This document shows, piece after piece, positions 9,301 to 19,649 of a stretch of DNA of 64,000 bases (the first letter of the stretch is position 1; the number at the start of each line of letters is the position of its first letter). Origin of the DNA: an uncultured Lentisphaerales bacterium (GTDB lineage: Bacteria > Verrucomicrobiota > Lentisphaeria > JABSQK01 > CAJWLW01); assembly GCA_964460215.1 (NCBI GenBank), contig CAYWQM010000005.1, forward strand, positions 16,211-80,210, given 5' to 3'. The notes beneath the pieces are model-generated. The model was given only the letters and a program-made list of their open reading frames with translations. It was not told the origin of the DNA and ran no database searches. The position numbers and the translations under genes were made by a program.

Positions 9301-9948
9301 TCAGAAAATGCCGTGGTCGAGATACGCCTGCTGCGGATCTTCGCCTTGCAGGATTGCTTTGCGCACCAGGCTCTCGGTCTGCATCACCTTTTCGGTCTCT
9401 TCGATCACCGGCTCGGCAAGGTCGCCGGGGATGATGACGATGCCATCGCGATCGCCGAGCACATAGTCGCCGGTGGCGATCGTCACGCCGCCGATATCAA
9501 TCGGTTCGCCGAAGGTCTCAGGCAGCCAGCGCCCGACGATGTCGTGCGGCGTGAAGTAGCGGCAGAAGACCTTGAACCCGAAGCGGATGATATAATCGGA
9601 ATCACGGCAACCGCCGTCGACGATGTAACCGCGGACGCCGCGGAAGAGCATCGTCTCGGCCGAGAGCTCGCCCATGTGCGCGATAGTGGCGTCATTCGGT
9701 TGGCAGATGACCACGTGGTCGCCCGGGGCTTTTGATAACATGCCGGTCCACTGCAGCAGGGTCTCATGTGGATCCGCCGCCTGGGCGCGGCCGCTCAACG
9801 TCCAGATCCGGCCGGCAACTTTCCAGGTCGGCTCGATCGGTTTGATATCGGTGGGCAGTGTCTGTTCTGCAAAACCGCGGTTTCTCAAGACGTCATAAAC
9901 GGCGGCGGAATAACATTGCTCGAGACGCTGTGCAAGGTTGTCACTCAT
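9301..9948 (-). CDS. RraA-family protein (RNase E regulator / 4-hydroxy-4-methyl-2-oxoglutarate aldolase-like)
   Basis: GELSAETMLFRGVRGYIVDGGCRDSDYI is an RraA/MenG-like motif; ~215 aa. Confidence 0.8.
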   Translation of the reverse strand: MSDNLAQRLEQCYSAAVYDVLRNRGFAEQTLPTDIKPIEPTWKVAGRIWTLSGRAQAADPHETLLQWTGMLSKAPGDHVVICQPNDATIAHMGELSAETMLFRGVRGYIVDGGCRDSDYIIRFGFKVFCRYFTPHDIVGRWLPETFGEPIDIGGVTIATGDYVLGDRDGIVIIPGDLAEPVIEETEKVMQTESLVRKAILQGEDPQQAYLDHGIF

Positions 9949-9966
9949 GTCAAATCCCTTCCGGGT

Positions 9967-10407
9967 TCATAGCATTTGGATGAATTCGACTTCGATACCG
10001 TCCGGGTCGCTCACGTACAGCAGTTTCGCGACCTTCGTGCCATCGCGCGCGAGGATGATCGGCCCGCGCCATTGCCGGAGCCCGCGACGCTTGAGCGTAT
10101 TCAGCGTTCGCGCCACGCTGTCGACCTCGAAACAGAGTCGCACGGCACCCACGTCTGACATCTTGCGTGACCGCTTGCGACTCTTCGGCCGCAGGTATTC
10201 GACAAGCTCGAGGGGATACCCGTCCGCCTCGGCTTCGACGAACGCGACACGAACCCGCGCGCCATCGGCCTGCAGGATCTCATCGTAGCTTGGCCCTTCG
10301 CGCACGGCATCGCGGGTCAGGCGCATGCCGAGCAGGTCCCGATAGAACGCCAGAGAGGTGTCCATGTCGGAGACAACAAGCAGACAGCGATGTGGGTGCA
10401 GCTTCAT
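9967..10407 (-). CDS. VOC/glyoxalase-bleomycin resistance family protein
   Basis: MKLHPHRCLLVVSDMDTSLAFYRDLLGMRL...VRLCFEVDSV has a glyoxalase-like fold pattern. The ORF extends to 10479 but the start at MKLHP (10407) is more plausible. Confidence 0.65.
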   Translation of the reverse strand: MKLHPHRCLLVVSDMDTSLAFYRDLLGMRLTRDAVREGPSYDEILQADGARVRVAFVEAEADGYPLELVEYLRPKSRKRSRKMSDVGAVRLCFEVDSVARTLNTLKRRGLRQWRGPIILARDGTKVAKLLYVSDPDGIEVEFIQML

Positions 10408-10668
10408 TGTGTGTCCGCGATTTTGAGGAAGGCGATACCGAACCATGGCGGCGTCGACGGTGATGCGGAGTCGTTGCATTGTAATGAGTTGTCGTATCCG
10501 TTATTCTACTACTTCACGAACGAGAAGCGAACATTATCGGAGCACACGGATCCGTCGTTGTGCAACCTGCCCAGACACGCGGATCGGGTACCGGCACTTG
10601 CAACTTGCCACGTAGCGGCTGAGCGTATACACTTGCACCCGAAAAACCACTTGTAGGAGAGATCTACC

Positions 10669-11976
10669 ATGCATGCAGCAACTGCGAAACTTAATGAACT
10701 GGTCGAACAGGATCTGGCGATCAGGAATGGACCGCAAGCGGTTGAGGAGGCTGGTAGCCAGGCGGATTTGTTTCATTGGCCAATTGTGACGGAAGAAGAC
10801 GAGCAGGCAGTGCTCGAAGTGTTGCGTGACGGCGGTCGGCCGTCGGGCACGGACATCAGCATGCAGCTCGAAGCCGAGATGGCAGCGTGGCATGGTGTGA
10901 AGCACGGATTGACCTATCCCAACGGCACACTGGCATTGCAGACGGCTTTCTGGGCGGCCGGCGTCCGTTGCGGCGATGAGATCATCGTTCCCAGCATCAC
11001 CTACTGGGCCAGTGCCATGCCGGCATTCGCGCTCGGTGCGACCGTCGTCTATGCCGACATCGACGCAGATACGCTGTGTATAGATCCGAACGATATCGAG
11101 CGGCACATCAGCCCGCGCACGAAGGCGATCGTGCCGGTGCATTATTGCGGACATCCGTGCGACATGGACGCGATCCTGCCGATCGCCCAGAAGCATGGAC
11201 TGAAAGTGATCGAGGACGTATCGCATGCCCAGGGTACCTTGTACAAGGGCAGGATCGTCGGATCGTTCGGAGACGCCGCGGCGTTTTCGATGATGTCGGC
11301 CAAGAGCTTCGCTGCCGGTGAAGGCGGCATGCTGATCACCGACGACGACGGCATCCAGCAGCATGCCATCGCCTATGCGCACTATGCGCGACACGAGTCG
11401 CTCGAGCATCCGGACCTGGCGCCGCTGGCCGGCATACCGTTCGGCGGCATCAAGGGGCGGCTCAATCAGATGTGCTCGGCTGTGGCGCGGGTGCAGTTCA
11501 AGTATTACCCGGACCGAATCAAAAATATCCAGGCGGCGATCAACCGGTTCTGGGACCTGCTTGCGGACACCCCGGGCCTGCGAGCGCATCGGCCCGCGGC
11601 GGACTCCGGCAGCACGATGGGCGGCTGGTACTGTGCGGTCGGGCATTACCTGCCGGAGGAACTCGGTGGTCTGCCGGCGGCAAAGTTCTGCGAAGCGGTC
11701 CGGGCGGAAGGCAGCGACACGAATGCGGGCTGCAATTTCCCCTTGCACCTGCACCCGGTGATGAACGACGCTGATATCTACGGCGACGGCAAGCCTACGC
11801 GCATTGCCAACTCCGGTCGTGACCTGCGCCAGCCCGAAGGTTCATTGCCGGCGGCGGAAGCAACGCGCGGCCGGGTCATCACTATTCCGTATCTGAAGCA
11901 CGACCGGCCGGAAGCCGTCGAGCAGCACGCCGCAGCATTCCGCAAAGTCGCCTTGCAGGCGGACAAGCTCGTCTAG
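10669..11976 (+). CDS. DegT/DnrJ/EryC1/StrS-family PLP-dependent (sugar) aminotransferase
   Basis: WPIVTEEDEQAVLEVLRDG...GDEIIVPSITYWASAM...AIVPVHYCGHPCDMDAIL...SFSMMSAKSF (Lys in SAKS) is typical of DegT family. Confidence 0.85.
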   Translation: MHAATAKLNELVEQDLAIRNGPQAVEEAGSQADLFHWPIVTEEDEQAVLEVLRDGGRPSGTDISMQLEAEMAAWHGVKHGLTYPNGTLALQTAFWAAGVRCGDEIIVPSITYWASAMPAFALGATVVYADIDADTLCIDPNDIERHISPRTKAIVPVHYCGHPCDMDAILPIAQKHGLKVIEDVSHAQGTLYKGRIVGSFGDAAAFSMMSAKSFAAGEGGMLITDDDGIQQHAIAYAHYARHESLEHPDLAPLAGIPFGGIKGRLNQMCSAVARVQFKYYPDRIKNIQAAINRFWDLLADTPGLRAHRPAADSGSTMGGWYCAVGHYLPEELGGLPAAKFCEAVRAEGSDTNAGCNFPLHLHPVMNDADIYGDGKPTRIANSGRDLRQPEGSLPAAEATRGRVITIPYLKHDRPEAVEQHAAAFRKVALQADKLV

Positions 11977-12156
11977 TGTCTATGTCACAACCGTTGCATG
12001 TTTCGCTCGGTTCGGAGCACGGCGACTTCATCGGCATTTCACACCTGCCGGCCGGCGCGGCTGCCTTTCCAGGCACGGTCAAACTTGCACGCGTGTCCGA
12101 TTGCGCGCGCGCGACGGCGATTGGATACGAACGCAAAACGAGGAGTTGAAGACAAT

Positions 12157-13212
12157 ATGAGTGGCAAGAGCAAGAAAATACGCGTCGGTTTGATCCGCTG
12201 CGACACGCATGGCATGTGGTACGGACCGCTGATGGAGAAACACGATCCGTTGCTTCTCCGCGAACCGATGCCGGTTGGCGAACCGTCCAAGGAATCGTGG
12301 CAGCAGGGTGGCAACTGGTACTATTTCTATACCTACTACTGCCGGCCGACGATGATGACTGCCAAGCAGGTCAGTGGTTTCGAAATCGTCAAGCTGTGGG
12401 ATGCAGATCGTAGCCTTGCGGAGATGGCGTCGAAAGTGTTTTATGGTCGCCCCGTAGTTTGCGATCGCCTCGAAGATGTCAGTGACGACGTCGACCTTGT
12501 TTTCATTTCCGACTGCAATGGTGACGGCAGCGACCATCTTGAGTTGTCGACGCCGGGATTGAAGAAAGGCGTGGCAACATTTATTGACAAACCGTTCGCC
12601 TATACGCTGAAAGATGCTTACAAGATGCTGCGGTTGGCGGATAAACATGGTGCCCCGCTGATGAGTCTGTCGATGATGCGCACGGCGCCGACGGTCGTAC
12701 AGTTTCGTAATCGCCTGGCTGAAACGGGCGGCTGCAATTTCGGATCGATCTATGGCGGCGGGACGCCACTGGCGGGATTGTACCACTCGATCGCCCTGAC
12801 TCAGGCGACGTTCGGGACCGGGATCGAGTCGGTACAGGCGATGGCCGGGCCGCGTCAGACGCTGATCCATCTTGGTTATGGCGACCGTGCCGGCCGACCC
12901 GAACAGGGCGTGACGGTGAACTGCAACGTCGGTCCGACCTTTCACTGCGCTTTCTACCTGAGCGCACTCGGTCCGAAGACTAAAATCAATTCCGAGGACA
13001 TCGGGGACTGGGTCAATCCCGCTTCGGCCGCCGAGGTGTTGAAACGCATCAGGCGCATGATGCGCACCGGCAAACCGACGGAGACTGCAGCGGACATGGT
13101 CGAGCAGGTCGCCGTGGGCGAGGCTTTTCGGCAAGCGCTCGAGTCGGGGAAGATTGTCAACGTCCGGTCATTGATCCGGCGCACCGGAGGCAAGGCGTAT
13201 CTTGCCGAATGA
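12157..13212 (+). CDS. Gfo/Idh/MocA-like oxidoreductase (divergent, no canonical GxGxxG)
   Basis: KIRVGLIRCDTHGMWYG...VVCDRLEDV...GVATFIDKPFAYTLKDAYKMLRLADKHGAPLMS parallels the Gfo/Idh/MocA N-terminal layout. RBS AGGAG lies ~11 nt upstream of the ATG at 12157. The ORF track's 11998 start is unlikely. Confidence 0.55.
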   Translation: MSGKSKKIRVGLIRCDTHGMWYGPLMEKHDPLLLREPMPVGEPSKESWQQGGNWYYFYTYYCRPTMMTAKQVSGFEIVKLWDADRSLAEMASKVFYGRPVVCDRLEDVSDDVDLVFISDCNGDGSDHLELSTPGLKKGVATFIDKPFAYTLKDAYKMLRLADKHGAPLMSLSMMRTAPTVVQFRNRLAETGGCNFGSIYGGGTPLAGLYHSIALTQATFGTGIESVQAMAGPRQTLIHLGYGDRAGRPEQGVTVNCNVGPTFHCAFYLSALGPKTKINSEDIGDWVNPASAAEVLKRIRRMMRTGKPTETAADMVEQVAVGEAFRQALESGKIVNVRSLIRRTGGKAYLAE

Positions 13213-13320
13213 GCGATTGGCTGTAGCACCCGCGGAACCGCCGGTTGAATTGCTTTGCATGCATTGCATATTCCGCGTTGCTCTCTACCAAGTGCAACCT
13301 TAACCTGCAGGCAACCAACT

Positions 13321-14112
13321 ATGGCAGCAAAGAAACACATCGTCTCTGCTCAACTTTATACTCTGCGCGACTATACACATAGCGTTAAAGAGATCGTCAA
13401 GTCGATGCGTAAAATCCGCAAGATCGGTTACACCTCGGCGCTGTTTTCCGCCATGGCGTCGCTCGATCCGGCCGAGCTGCGGCGACTCATGACGGACGAA
13501 GGTGTCGAGCCGATCAGCGCCCATGTCGGTCTGGATGAATACGCAGACATCCCCGCTGTCGCCGCCCAGTGCCATGGCTGGGGTGTCAAGCATGTGGTGA
13601 TCCCGTATTTGCCGCTCGACTCCGTACCGACCGTCGCCAGTTGGAAGAAGATAGCCCGGCAATTTTCGGCGTACGGCAAAGCGCTTGCGAAGGAAGGCGT
13701 CATTCTGCTGTACCATAATCATGCCTTCGAGTTCCAGAAGTATGGCATACGCGGCGGCAGAGGGGGGCAGGTGGGCTTGGATATCCTGTTCGAAAACAGC
13801 GATCCGCGGTACCTGCAGTCCGAGCTCGATATCGGCTGGGTCGCGCGTGGCGGACATAATCCGGTGACTTGGGTGAAGAAACTGAAGGGGCGCCTTGATC
13901 AGGTGCATGTAAAGGACTGGGGCATGCTCAACAACGAACCGGTGTGGCGCGCAGTAGGCGAGGGCGGCATCGAATGGCCGGCGGTCATCAAGGCTTGCAA
14001 GGCGTCCGGCACAAGGCATTTCATCGTCGAGCAGGACGAATGCCCGATCACTAATAACCCGTTCAAGAGCATGCAGATCAGCTTCGAGAACCTGCAGGCG
14101 CTCGGGATGTAA
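13321..14112 (+). CDS. Sugar phosphate isomerase/epimerase (xylose-isomerase-like TIM barrel)
   Basis: Length ~263 aa. IGYTSA...HVGL...HGWGVKHVVIPY...ILLYHNHAFEF...ELDIGWV is the AP-endonuclease-2/XI-like TIM pattern. Confidence 0.75.
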   Translation: MAAKKHIVSAQLYTLRDYTHSVKEIVKSMRKIRKIGYTSALFSAMASLDPAELRRLMTDEGVEPISAHVGLDEYADIPAVAAQCHGWGVKHVVIPYLPLDSVPTVASWKKIARQFSAYGKALAKEGVILLYHNHAFEFQKYGIRGGRGGQVGLDILFENSDPRYLQSELDIGWVARGGHNPVTWVKKLKGRLDQVHVKDWGMLNNEPVWRAVGEGGIEWPAVIKACKASGTRHFIVEQDECPITNNPFKSMQISFENLQALGM

Positions 14113-14114
14113 AT

Positions 14115-14966
14115 TTATCCGCGCGCTGGCTCCGTCATCTCTTCGCGAGCTTTGGCCGCCAGTGCCGCCAGGTGCCCGTCGTTTGCCATGCCCTGTTCCA
14201 GATGGACCAGCCGTTGCGCGTTCGCCGTTGCCATCATGGTTTCACCGTACATACGGTCGATCCAGAACCGGGCGTTTCCGGCGATATGATCCTTGAGCTC
14301 GGGGATCTGATCGTCCGGGAAGCGCTGCGAACAGTTGATGGTGAACATGCGCCGCCGGGGATCGCCACCGAAGGCCGCGTGTTTCAGGTTGTGATTGAAC
14401 ACCAGCACGTCGCCTGGATCGGTCTCCAACGCGATTGCCGGCAGGTCCTTGCCTTCCACACCCCAGAGTAACGGTTTCTTTTTCGGTATTATCTGCTGCA
14501 GCTTTTCGGAGTAGGTGTCGCCGGTGTTGTGACTGCCGGGGATGACGCGCAGGCAGCCGGTCTCACGCGTCAGCGGATCAAGGTAGAGCGCGATCTTGAC
14601 ATAGCGCAACACCGCCGGGTGCCAGCCGTCCGAGTGCCAGACCGTGTCGCCGGCGTAGTAGTTGCCGTCGGAACCCATGTAATTAAAGTTGTTCCCGAGC
14701 AGACTGCAAAGCAGACCGTAGATGCACGGTTCCTCAAGCAACGCACAGAGCCGCTCATGCTGGTCGATAAATGGCACGATACAGGAGCGCTGCGTAGGGT
14801 CGTGTGCCTTGCCGTCGTGCCCATCGCCGCGTGTTGCCCAGATTTCATCGAACGCGGCAGTGATCTCTGCGATACTGTCGGCCAGTGCTCCGGGCAATGC
14901 CAGAAAACCGAACGTATCGAAGAATTCCAATTGTTCAGGTGTGAGATCGTGTGATGACATGGACAA
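14115..14966 (-). CDS. Phytanoyl-CoA dioxygenase (PhyH) family protein
   Basis: TVWHSDGWH...LRVIPGSHN...HNLKHAAFGG is an Fe/2OG PhyH-like His-x-Asp...His arrangement. Confidence 0.75.
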   Translation of the reverse strand: MSMSSHDLTPEQLEFFDTFGFLALPGALADSIAEITAAFDEIWATRGDGHDGKAHDPTQRSCIVPFIDQHERLCALLEEPCIYGLLCSLLGNNFNYMGSDGNYYAGDTVWHSDGWHPAVLRYVKIALYLDPLTRETGCLRVIPGSHNTGDTYSEKLQQIIPKKKPLLWGVEGKDLPAIALETDPGDVLVFNHNLKHAAFGGDPRRRMFTINCSQRFPDDQIPELKDHIAGNARFWIDRMYGETMMATANAQRLVHLEQGMANDGHLAALAAKAREEMTEPARG

Positions 14967-15148
14967 CTCCGTATTGTCCCAATAAACTGGACGGTGGCCA
15001 CTGTTTTTTCAAGATGACGTCGCTGCGAATGCGTGAGTGCGCGCAACTATAATGAGACTGAAACTGTCGATTATGTCGATATTGTCATTTCGGCAGCCGG
15101 GCTGCTGATCGTTTTGTCTACGACAGGCTGAAGGGCAGGGTACTGCGT

Positions 15149-15790
15149 TCAGCGCATTGCCCACAGCAAACCACGACGCTGGATCTCACGCGCCTCGGGC
15201 ACGTCGAAGTCGCTGGCGACATGGCCGAGAGAAGAGTAGAAAACCCGGCCCTTGTCGCAATAGCGTTTCCACACTACCGGCATGACACAGCCGTTGGCCC
15301 ACGGCGCTTCCTCGCATTCAATCGTGGTTGTGACCAGGACCTCGTTTGACGGGTCGACATGCATGTAATACTGCTCCGAGTGCATCGCGAAATCGTTGAG
15401 GCCCGCGGTGATCGGATCGTCGTGATCAATGATCTGGACGGTGTAGTCTTTGACATTGTCCAGATGAGCTACCCACTGGCCGCCGACGATGAACTGGTAT
15501 GGCGTAGATTGGCGGAAGGCATCGCCCGCGCCGCCGTGCCAGCCTCCGAAACCGACCCCGGACTGCACTGCGGCAGCAAGTGCTTCGCACTGATCACCGC
15601 TGATTTCGGACATCGTCCAGCAGGGCACGATCAGATCGTATTGCGTCAAGTCCCGGTCGGTCAGGCACTCAAGCGTGTCGGTGATGGTTACTTCGCAGCC
15701 TTCGGCGCGCATGAGGCTGGCGAATATGCCGGTTGTTTGCTCGGGGTCATGGCCGTCCCAGCCGCCCCACGTCATTAAGACTTTCTTCAT
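15149..15790 (-). CDS. ThuA-like (trehalose-utilisation / class-I glutamine-amidotransferase-like) protein
   Basis: [15 protein letters not shown]...[11 protein letters not shown]...SSLGH is a ThuA-family signature; ~213 aa. Confidence 0.75.
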   Translation of the reverse strand: MKKVLMTWGGWDGHDPEQTTGIFASLMRAEGCEVTITDTLECLTDRDLTQYDLIVPCWTMSEISGDQCEALAAAVQSGVGFGGWHGGAGDAFRQSTPYQFIVGGQWVAHLDNVKDYTVQIIDHDDPITAGLNDFAMHSEQYYMHVDPSNEVLVTTTIECEEAPWANGCVMPVVWKRYCDKGRVFYSSLGHVASDFDVPEAREIQRRGLLWAMR

Positions 15791-15926
15791 GCGTCAACCC
15801 CGTTGTTGTCATTTGCAAGATAAGTAAGTACTGCATCTCCTTACGGATTCAAATGGGGTAGAACCGAATCTGTCGTTATCTTGCTGCACCGTTGCACAAA
15901 TCAACGATCCACGATATTCTTATCCG

Positions 15927-17072
15927 ATGCCCTCACTTCAGTTCCACACAGGCCTTCTTGTCTTGGCAATGTCAGCCATGCATATGGCTGCGGCTGTTGT
16001 CGCGGAAGAGAACCATGCCCGGGCGGAAGCGGCGCTTACCCGCGGTGCGGAGCGGTTGCTGGCGTTGCAGAACGACGACGGATCATGGGGGAAACCGCCG
16101 ATGATCGGGATCACAGCCCTATGTGTCATTGCTTTGCACGATGCCCCCGGCATCGATGCCGGGAAACGCGACGCCGCGATCGATGCCGGTATAGAGTTCC
16201 TGCTTGCCGATCTTGACGAGGACGGCACGGCAGAGAAGTTCTTCGGGCTGCGTAGTCAGTCGGCCTTCTGGGAGAAGACGCCGCGCTACGCCACCTATTC
16301 GATCGCCGTCACGCTCCTGGCCATGGCGACCGTTGACAAGCCCGAACACATACCACTGATCAAACGTGGCCGTGCCTACCTGCGTACGCTGCAGCGGGTC
16401 AACCCCAATTCAAAGCACCACGGCGGCTTCGGCTATGGTGCCGGTGGCCGCAGCGCCAACCTGTCGATTACTGCCTGGTCCGCCGAGGCCATGCACCACA
16501 CAGCCTATGTCGAGGGTGACGAGCACGGTGCAGACCCGACCGTGACAGCACAGAACGAGGTAATGTGGGCGTCGATCGAAGCATTTCTCGAGGCAACTCA
16601 GAAAAATCCGACTGTGGGCCAAGATGCTGCCGAGGACAGCGATGCCGGCGGACTCGGCTACAAGCCGTCGAAGGATGCCTCGAAAGTGGTTGTCAGCGGA
16701 GCGATGAGCTATTCCGGGTACAAGACCATGTTGTACGCCAAGCTGCCGCCCGATGATGTTCGCGTCCGGGCAGTGCGGAAATACATCGCTGCGAACTACG
16801 ATTTGTCTGAGGATCCCGGCAGGGGGAAGGCCGGTTATTACTACTATTTGCACGCGATGGCGAGGGCGCTGGACGCGGCTGGTTTGGATAGTCTGAAGCT
16901 TACGGACGGGCGTTTGGTCAAATGGCGCGAGGAGATTATCTCTGTGCTCGTTGGGCTGCAAGGCGAGGATGGCGGCTGGCACAATGCGTACGGCAAGTAT
17001 ATGGAATCGATCCCGGAGCTGGTGACGGCCTACGCCATGATGACCCTCAAGACCACTCTCGGTACCCCGTAG
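15927..17072 (+). CDS. Secreted prenyltransferase/squalene-oxidase-repeat (alpha-alpha toroid) protein
   Basis: Signal-peptide-like N-terminus. Repeats LQNDDGSWG and LQGEDGGWHN are typical of the terpene-cyclase/prenyltransferase beta-subunit repeat family common in PVC bacteria. Confidence 0.6.
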   Translation: MPSLQFHTGLLVLAMSAMHMAAAVVAEENHARAEAALTRGAERLLALQNDDGSWGKPPMIGITALCVIALHDAPGIDAGKRDAAIDAGIEFLLADLDEDGTAEKFFGLRSQSAFWEKTPRYATYSIAVTLLAMATVDKPEHIPLIKRGRAYLRTLQRVNPNSKHHGGFGYGAGGRSANLSITAWSAEAMHHTAYVEGDEHGADPTVTAQNEVMWASIEAFLEATQKNPTVGQDAAEDSDAGGLGYKPSKDASKVVVSGAMSYSGYKTMLYAKLPPDDVRVRAVRKYIAANYDLSEDPGRGKAGYYYYLHAMARALDAAGLDSLKLTDGRLVKWREEIISVLVGLQGEDGGWHNAYGKYMESIPELVTAYAMMTLKTTLGTP

Positions 17073-17169
17073 CGCCGTACTCGCCCTTTTGCATTGATAC
17101 CTGCCGGAGGTGCGCTCCTCCGTTTGATTGCCAGCGCGACGGTCCTTTCTCAGGCTTGTTCTGCGGACA

Positions 17170-17526
17170 TCACGTAGCCCAGCTGAGTTTCGGCGGCTTG
17201 GTGAGCAGTAGCCGTGTGACCAGCATTTCATTCTCGCGATCGATCGTCAGCATGTTCTCGATCATCGACCTGAGATCGTCCAGCAGTTGCGTGCGTTCCA
17301 GTTGTTCGGCAGTCGACAGCGGATCGAGCACGGCGTCGAATTCCTGCTTACGGTCATCGTCGAAGCTGATGACGACCTCACTCTTTTTTCGCATAATCTC
17401 GACGATATCCTCGGGTTCGAGCATGTTGGCGCTGGTGTAGTGCCGGTTTTCGTCTTCGAACATGGCGAGCAATTCCTGGCCATGATCAATCTTTTTACGG
17501 AGTCCGGTGAATGTGTCAGTGATCAT
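17170..17526 (-). CDS. Hypothetical acidic 118-aa protein
   Basis: Clean intergenic ORF with protein-like composition; no recognisable motif. Confidence 0.35.
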   Translation of the reverse strand: MITDTFTGLRKKIDHGQELLAMFEDENRHYTSANMLEPEDIVEIMRKKSEVVISFDDDRKQEFDAVLDPLSTAEQLERTQLLDDLRSMIENMLTIDRENEMLVTRLLLTKPPKLSWAT

Positions 17527-18278
17527 TTCAATCCTCTGTCTCGAAGTACGTCAACCTGTTCGGGGACGGCTCGAGGTATTGTGTATGTTGGGGCTTTTCT
17601 TGCAGGGCTTGGTTTCCTGTGACTGCCGCATGGTCTAAATGCTGCAGTCAGTATCGATCAGATCTGCGGTCGTTACCGCGTTGGCCAGCTGGCGCCGGGA
17701 CAATGACTCTGTCCACTCTTTATCACCGACGTCTTTCAGCATTCGCTCGAATATTCTGTCCCGAGCATTCGGGTTGTTTTATCCGGCGAACGCCGGGGCC
17801 TGTTGATGTAAGGGCTCGTAGGCATGTTCCTTCGCATGACTTCGCGGATGTTTTCCTGCCGGCAGCGGTCGAGCAATTGCATTCATCGAGCGCGTCCGGT
17901 GTGGCTGCCTTTTAATGCAGCAGATTTCGTTCCACCTGCAGTCCAAGTCGATCACGCGTGTCTGTGATGTTGGGTACGCTGCCGTACTGCGCCCTGATCG
18001 TGTACGCTCCGGAGCAGCGGTTTTTGCGCAATCCCCGAAGCACCCGTCTGATCTTTGCCAGCCACGGCGGCAGTAACTCTGTGATCTGCGACATCTCCCA
18101 GCGTTACAAGATCGACAAGACCGGAGGCCTGTTCGATGACTGTAATTGGTCGCTTGCTGCCGGACGGACTTCACGTTGTCGGGCTGCTTTCTTCCGTTCC
18201 GTCTTTTAATCTTGGGGATTTGCGCTAATTCTTTGAGCGTATTGAATGGCATGTAATCGATTTCCCGGAAAATTGTTC

Positions 18279-19649
18279 ATGTTTGACTGGCAAGAACTTG
18301 TTGAAGCTGCGGCCGCCCGTGTCGTACCCGCCGATATCCCGTTACCTGCCGTGTCGGTGATCAGGACAGACACGCGTACCCTCGAGCAGGGTGATATGTT
18401 CCTGGCTTTACGCGGTGAGCACTTCGACGGCCATGACTTTGCCACTGCCGCCGTGGACCAGGGCGCTGCCGCCTTGTGCGTCGATGAGCAGAAGGTCGAA
18501 ACGATCGTGGCAGCGACGGGCGGGACGACACCATGCCTTTGTGTCGGGGACACGCTTGCTGCCTATCAGTCTATTGCACGGCTGCACCGTCGCGGTTTTC
18601 CGAATTTGAAGATGATCGCAATCACCGGCAGCAGTGGCAAGACCAGCACCAGGACAATCGTTGGTGCTGTGCTGTCACGGTATTTCGATGGCGCCGTGCT
18701 CACTACGACGGCCAACACAAACAATCATGTCGGGGTGCCGCAGAATCTGCTGCGTCTCACGCCGGATCATCGCGGTGCCGTGCTCGAGCTCGGCACAAGC
18801 GGCCCTGGTGAGATCTGTCTGCTGACCGCATTGGTCGAGCCGGACATTGCGATTCTCACCAATGTCGGGCCGGTACATCTCGAGGGACTCGGGAGCGTTG
18901 ACGGCGTGGCGCGGGAGAAAGCCGGGGTGTTCTCGAAGCTTGGCAACCACGGAACCGCAATCCTGCCGGTGGAACTGCGGCACCATCCGCAGATCGCCCC
19001 AAGCCTGCCTGTGGACCGGGTGCTGACCGTCGGTAACGCCGGGTCCGGCGCCGACGTTGAAATAACATATTGCGGCGGCGACCTTACGTCGGCGAGGGTG
19101 ATCGTCTGCAGGGGTGGTCGTGACGTCGAATTTTCGTGGGCGTTGCCGGGCGCGCATCAGGCGATGAATGCCGGATTCGCTTTTGCGGTGGCCCAGGTGC
19201 TGGGAATCGAGGATGACTGTGTCGTTGAAGGGCTGACGACGTGTCGGCTGCCGGGGATGCGCACGCGCATCGTCGAGCACGACGGGGTTACCTGGATCAA
19301 CGATGCCTACAACGCCAACCCGGACAGCGTCAAGGCATTGCTCGACTGGCTGGCATCGGTATCTGATAGCTGCGGACACGTCCATATCGTTCTGGGCGAT
19401 ATGCTCGAACTCGGGCCGGACACGGCTCAATATCACGCGACGGTCCTGGCATATGCCTGTGAGCATCTGCCAGGCGCCAGGATTTTGCCGTTCGGGCCGT
19501 TAATGGCGACGGCCGCGCGGTCGTTCGGTCTCGATGCGTTCGAGGACATCGAGGACCTACGTCAACACATTACCTCTTACGTTGCCGCCGGCGATTTAAT
19601 CGCCGTAAAAGCCTCGCGCGGCATGGCCCTGGAGCGCATCATTCCATGA
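18279..19649 (+). CDS. murF: UDP-N-acetylmuramoyl-tripeptide--D-alanyl-D-alanine ligase
   Basis: VIRTDTRTLEQGDMFLALRGEHFDGHDF...IAITGSSGKTST...TANTNNHVGVP. Start taken at MFDW (ORF track begins at 18246). Confidence 0.85.
   Translation: MFDWQELVEAAAARVVPADIPLPAVSVIRTDTRTLEQGDMFLALRGEHFDGHDFATAAVDQGAAALCVDEQKVETIVAATGGTTPCLCVGDTLAAYQSIARLHRRGFPNLKMIAITGSSGKTSTRTIVGAVLSRYFDGAVLTTTANTNNHVGVPQNLLRLTPDHRGAVLELGTSGPGEICLLTALVEPDIAILTNVGPVHLEGLGSVDGVAREKAGVFSKLGNHGTAILPVELRHHPQIAPSLPVDRVLTVGNAGSGADVEITYCGGDLTSARVIVCRGGRDVEFSWALPGAHQAMNAGFAFAVAQVLGIEDDCVVEGLTTCRLPGMRTRIVEHDGVTWINDAYNANPDSVKALLDWLASVSDSCGHVHIVLGDMLELGPDTAQYHATVLAYACEHLPGARILPFGPLMATAARSFGLDAFEDIEDLRQHITSYVAAGDLIAVKASRGMALERIIP

Noticed and set aside
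12079-13134. 351-aa ORF on minus strand
   Set aside because: It lies antisense to the Gfo/Idh/MocA-like gene. The Arg/His-rich translation is typical of a high-GC shadow frame.
16410-17231. 273-aa minus-strand ORF overlapping the prenyltransferase-repeat gene
   Set aside because: The + strand product has characteristic LQNDDGSWG repeats and a signal peptide. The minus ORF is Arg-rich low-complexity.
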